Shown: one piece after another, positions 60,786-64,000 of the stretch | Numbering within the stretch: position 1 is the stretch's first letter | Layout of the letters: every line of letters starts with the position of its first letter | From: Oopsacas minuta | Lineage: Eukaryota > Animalia > Porifera | Length of the DNA stretch: 64,000 nucleotides | Assembly (NCBI GenBank): GCA_024704765.1 | Contig: JAKMXF010000019.1 | Location: 27,517-91,516, forward strand | Reading direction: 5' to 3' | The notes under the pieces: model-generated | Databases searched by the model: none | The model's input: the letters and a program-made list of their open reading frames with translations, nothing else | Told to the model about the DNA's origin: nothing | Position numbers and translations under genes: made by a program

Positions 60786-62067
60786 AGCCTAACACTATAT
60801 ACATACATATAGGTGTAACAGGATCCTTTACACAGTTCTACCATGGTGAAAACAACTTTGAATTGTTACCAGGACCTGTGGGGACACTATCCAGCTCTCC
60901 AGTGGATTTTAGTAAGAGCTATTCTCTTGGTTTAATCGTTAGTAAGCCTTATACTATGAATCAGAAATCTGTATTGATTCATATATCTGATTTGGATCAG
61001 GTTGGTTGTTGAAATGTGTTAATACGTGACTACATGGGACCTGTACCCCTATGATTCCCTTGGGTGAGGGGTACAAAAGTTAGGACTCCTTATGGGGAAT
61101 CCTTTGGTACTAATAGCTTCGATATAAGCGGGTATTTCTATATAACGGGGAATTGACTGTAATTATTCTAATCAGCTGGTGTTCTATTTTTGAATAGGGC
61201 TTATCATTAGAAGTTTCCATAGACTCCTCCTATAACGCTACCCTAGAGATAAAGAGAGGAGATGTCTTGGCGAGTATCTCCTCTCCTCTTGATGTTAATA
61301 AGTATAGAATAATGCATTCTATTACGGTACACTCTATTGGAGAAAGGTAAGTAGAAATATGGTTGTGTTAGTTGAGGGTTTCAATCTATATTCTTTCTAA
61401 ATATTGTATTTATTATTGTTTACTTGTTTACTAGTGGTCTGGAGCTATATGTTGATGACAACACCCCCGTGACTCTACCTGGAGCATTCAACCTAGTCCT
61501 GCCTATTGAGCTCTCAGCCAATCAGAATCTGTTTGTGGGAGGTAATGAGATACCCGAATACTCATTCAATGGTTGTCTTAAGGAAGTTGCACTATATGAC
61601 AGGTAACACCTTCTTTTACATATACATAAACACTTTAGGATAAATAATAAACACTGCTTTCTATTATCACCCCCTCGCTGAGGGGTGAAGCTAAATACCC
61701 ACCAGGTAACCATGGAAACTGGGACATAACACATCACAGAAGCACGTTAGGGAATTGGTGAATATATTCATGTATAGAATGCTATGATTATGTGATTATA
61801 CGTTATGTCCCCCGTCCAAGGGTGTTAAAATATGAATAATCACCCCCGGACACTATACGTTTTATGAATATTCACCCTTTTAGTCTCCTCAATTTGGGTC
61901 TGGGCACCTTTGTAGCTACAGGTGATTCAACAGTTGGATCAGAGGGCATAGAACATGACATGTGTGGGTTCCATCCCTATAACGGTCTGGTTTACGGAGG
62001 TGCTCGTGCTCTCCCTCACCCCTTTGACTTTCAAGAGGCAGTGAGACTCTCTACTATTCCTAAGTAA
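52688..62067 (+). CDS. Compact laminin-alpha-like protein (signal peptide, short LN/discoidin-like domain, one LE/EGF, coiled coil, about three LG domains), multi-exon
   Basis: Signal peptide; IIDGDEETFWRS; SISEVEVYGQCSCNG (LN-LE junction); CTCTGNTCGTHCEECC; KCDNCTNSLL (start of coiled coil); long heptad exon 56274-57283; LG-type ends FRGCV, FTGCI, FNGCL; last exon ends at 62067. Some 3' exon boundaries are unresolved. Confidence 0.8.
55470..55592. repeat. Dispersed repeat family (agagctac..gaaatttg..atcagatttgaggg); related copies at ~17900, ~18870, ~47490-47630 (RPL4 intron) and ~53440
   Basis: Shared segments visible by eye; adjacent (tttg)n resembles DINE-1/Helentron-type non-autonomous elements (inference). 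Confidence 0.6.
57380..57766 (-). mobile_element. Non-autonomous Helitron-like element with internal (TG)n in a laminin intron
   Basis: On the minus strand it begins A|TC (57766) and ends CTAG|T (57380), with a gccc-aga-gggc hairpin 10 nt before CTAG. It is GC-richer than the flanks. Confidence 0.72.
60712..60784. repeat. (TTG)n microsatellite in a laminin intron
   Basis: Run of about 24 ttg units. Confidence 0.95.
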
Positions 62068-62587
62068 CATTTCTTTAAAACTTATTTTGGATTGTAAATA
62101 TTTGTTTATATCTTTTGTGTATATAAACTGTTTCTAAGGTGTGAATATATTCTATCCGCTAACCAATTAGAGCTATCAATTTTGGTAATACAGTGGGTCC
62201 GAAGCAGACGATTACAGAATTTGCAGTGAATAAGGATAGAGAGGACCTACTGTATGTATAGAGATATAAGGGGTGACATGAGTTTCAATTATTCATTTTG
62301 ATCAATAAAATATATGAGCCACTAAAGTTGGTCCCGATTGACAAATATTATCTGTATTAACTGTCCAAATGTTAATCTGACTAACCGGATTGTCTCCTAT
62401 AGTCATGAGATAGACAAATGGAACTAAGTTTAGTGATAGATGCTAACAGCTACTTTCCGTTGTCTCTTAACAACTTAGCTGTTTCCATTCTTGTAACTAT
62501 TTGATATGTGATAATTCAATTATCATTACTCAGGTTCCTCTTATTTATATAATAATTCTATTCAACAAAACATACATAGATTGTATA

Positions 62588-63984
62588 ATGGCAGAGAAGT
62601 TAACAGACTCAGAAGGGAGAGAGGACTTGGTCTACATAAAGACAGAGGATGGCAGCTACAGAGGATGGAGGGTTGATTTGTTGATAGACCCCTTATCCAA
62701 CAAAATGGAAGAGAAATTCTTGTTGTGTAGCACTTGTAAAGGAATGTTAAGAGATGCTTGTCTCTATGAAGGATTTTTGAGGTGTGGTGTCTGCATTCCT
62801 GAGGGTGTAGCATGGCAACCAGTAATAATGAACCGTGAAATTGTCTCCGATAAAATGGTAATTTATTTGTTGTTATTTACAAGTGTTTGTTTGTGTTTAC
62901 AGATGAGTTATTTATTTGTAGATTAGTTGTCCCCTAAAGAAGAGAGGGTGTGAATGGAGTGACACAGTGAGTACAGCATTACAACACCTGGAAGAATGTG
63001 AGTTCTTTCCTGTACTGTGTCCTCTGGGGTGTGTCTGTCTAGAGGGAGAGAGGAAGGGGAAAGTTCTGAAACTTGAAAAGAGACGGATTGCAGAACACCA
63101 GAGAGACTCGTGTCCGTTAAGAGAACTGTTGTGTGAATTCTGTGTGAATAAAGTGAAGGCCTGTGAGATGAATCCTCATTTGGAGATATGTGAGCACTTT
63201 CCAGTTCTTTGTCCTAATGGATGTGTGATCGAAGGAGAGGAAGGGACCAGACAATTGAAGAGGAGAGATGTTCCTGTCCATCTATCTAATGAGTGTCCTC
63301 TACAGAAAGTAGAGTGTCCTTATTGGGTCTATGGATGTAGAGAGGAGATGGAGAGGAAAGACATTGATCTTCATGAAAGAGAATTCATACATATTCACTA
63401 CAGATTATCAATGACTGATATGAAACAGAAACAAATTCAAACATCTAAAGATAATAAACTACTGGAAGATAAACTGGACAAAGCAAATACCAAAATTGAG
63501 ATTTTGGAGAAAATACTCTATTCTTATACACTTTTACCTACAGGACAATTGGAATGGAAGATTAAAGGTGTTAAAGAGAAAATAGAAAACAAAGAGGATA
63601 CTTACAGTGATCCATTCTATGTAGGATTATACAAGTGTCAGGGCTATATTAAATGGAATTGTTGAATACAGATAAAGTAGGTGTTTTCATTTGTATTATG
63701 AAAGGAGGTTATGATGATAAACTACACTGGCCTATCAGATACAAATATACGTTTATTCTACTCAATCACATTAACAGTAATAATAATTATGAATACACTC
63801 ATCAAATAACTAAGGAAGATTTGGAGAAATTTCCTGATAGCTTCAAGAGACCTACTGAGCTGAGAAATATAAAGGTTATGGAACTCGTTCATTTATTTCA
63901 AACACAGAAATATTAGAAGCTAAATATTGTAAAGAAGACAGCATAACTCTTCTAATTAAAATAGAATTGTTACCAGCATTATAA
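62588..63984 (+). CDS. TRAF-like protein, copy 5 (shortest coiled coil); exons 62588-62857 and 62922-63984; frameshifts near 63662 and 63868 (pseudogene or assembly error)
   Basis: Highly similar to array copies, with the same 64-nt intron; MATH is recoverable across two frame changes; ends LLPAL-stop. Confidence 0.82.
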
Positions 63985-64000
63985 CTTTATTTGTATTTTT

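Overview
AT-rich, intron-containing eukaryotic (animal) DNA, not prokaryotic. Gene content and style resemble a basal metazoan such as a sponge, which is an inference and was not checked. From left to right: (1) a 7-exon, ~1,440-aa multidomain RNA end-processing gene (MJ1316/DUF504, 2H, P-loop kinase, 2H, HAD, PAP-like nucleotidyltransferase, R3H) that the ORF track splits into pieces; (2) four tandem TRAF-like genes, with a fifth at the right edge and a divergent broken one at 45-46 kb; (3) a MAGI gene on the minus strand whose introns hold a cathepsin, small membrane-protein genes and an NHL remnant; (4) a head-to-head pair of SAM-Ubl-vWA-E2-U-box paralogues; (5) LAMTOR3, USP8, RPL4 and a PCTAIRE-type CDK; (6) a compact laminin-alpha-like gene. 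Many MITEs, a Helitron-like element and micro/minisatellites are scattered throughout. The strongest candidates for new biology are the RNA-repair polyprotein and the paired E2-E3 fusion genes. Several small frameshifts may be assembly errors. All domain calls come from motif recognition by eye; no database searches were run.
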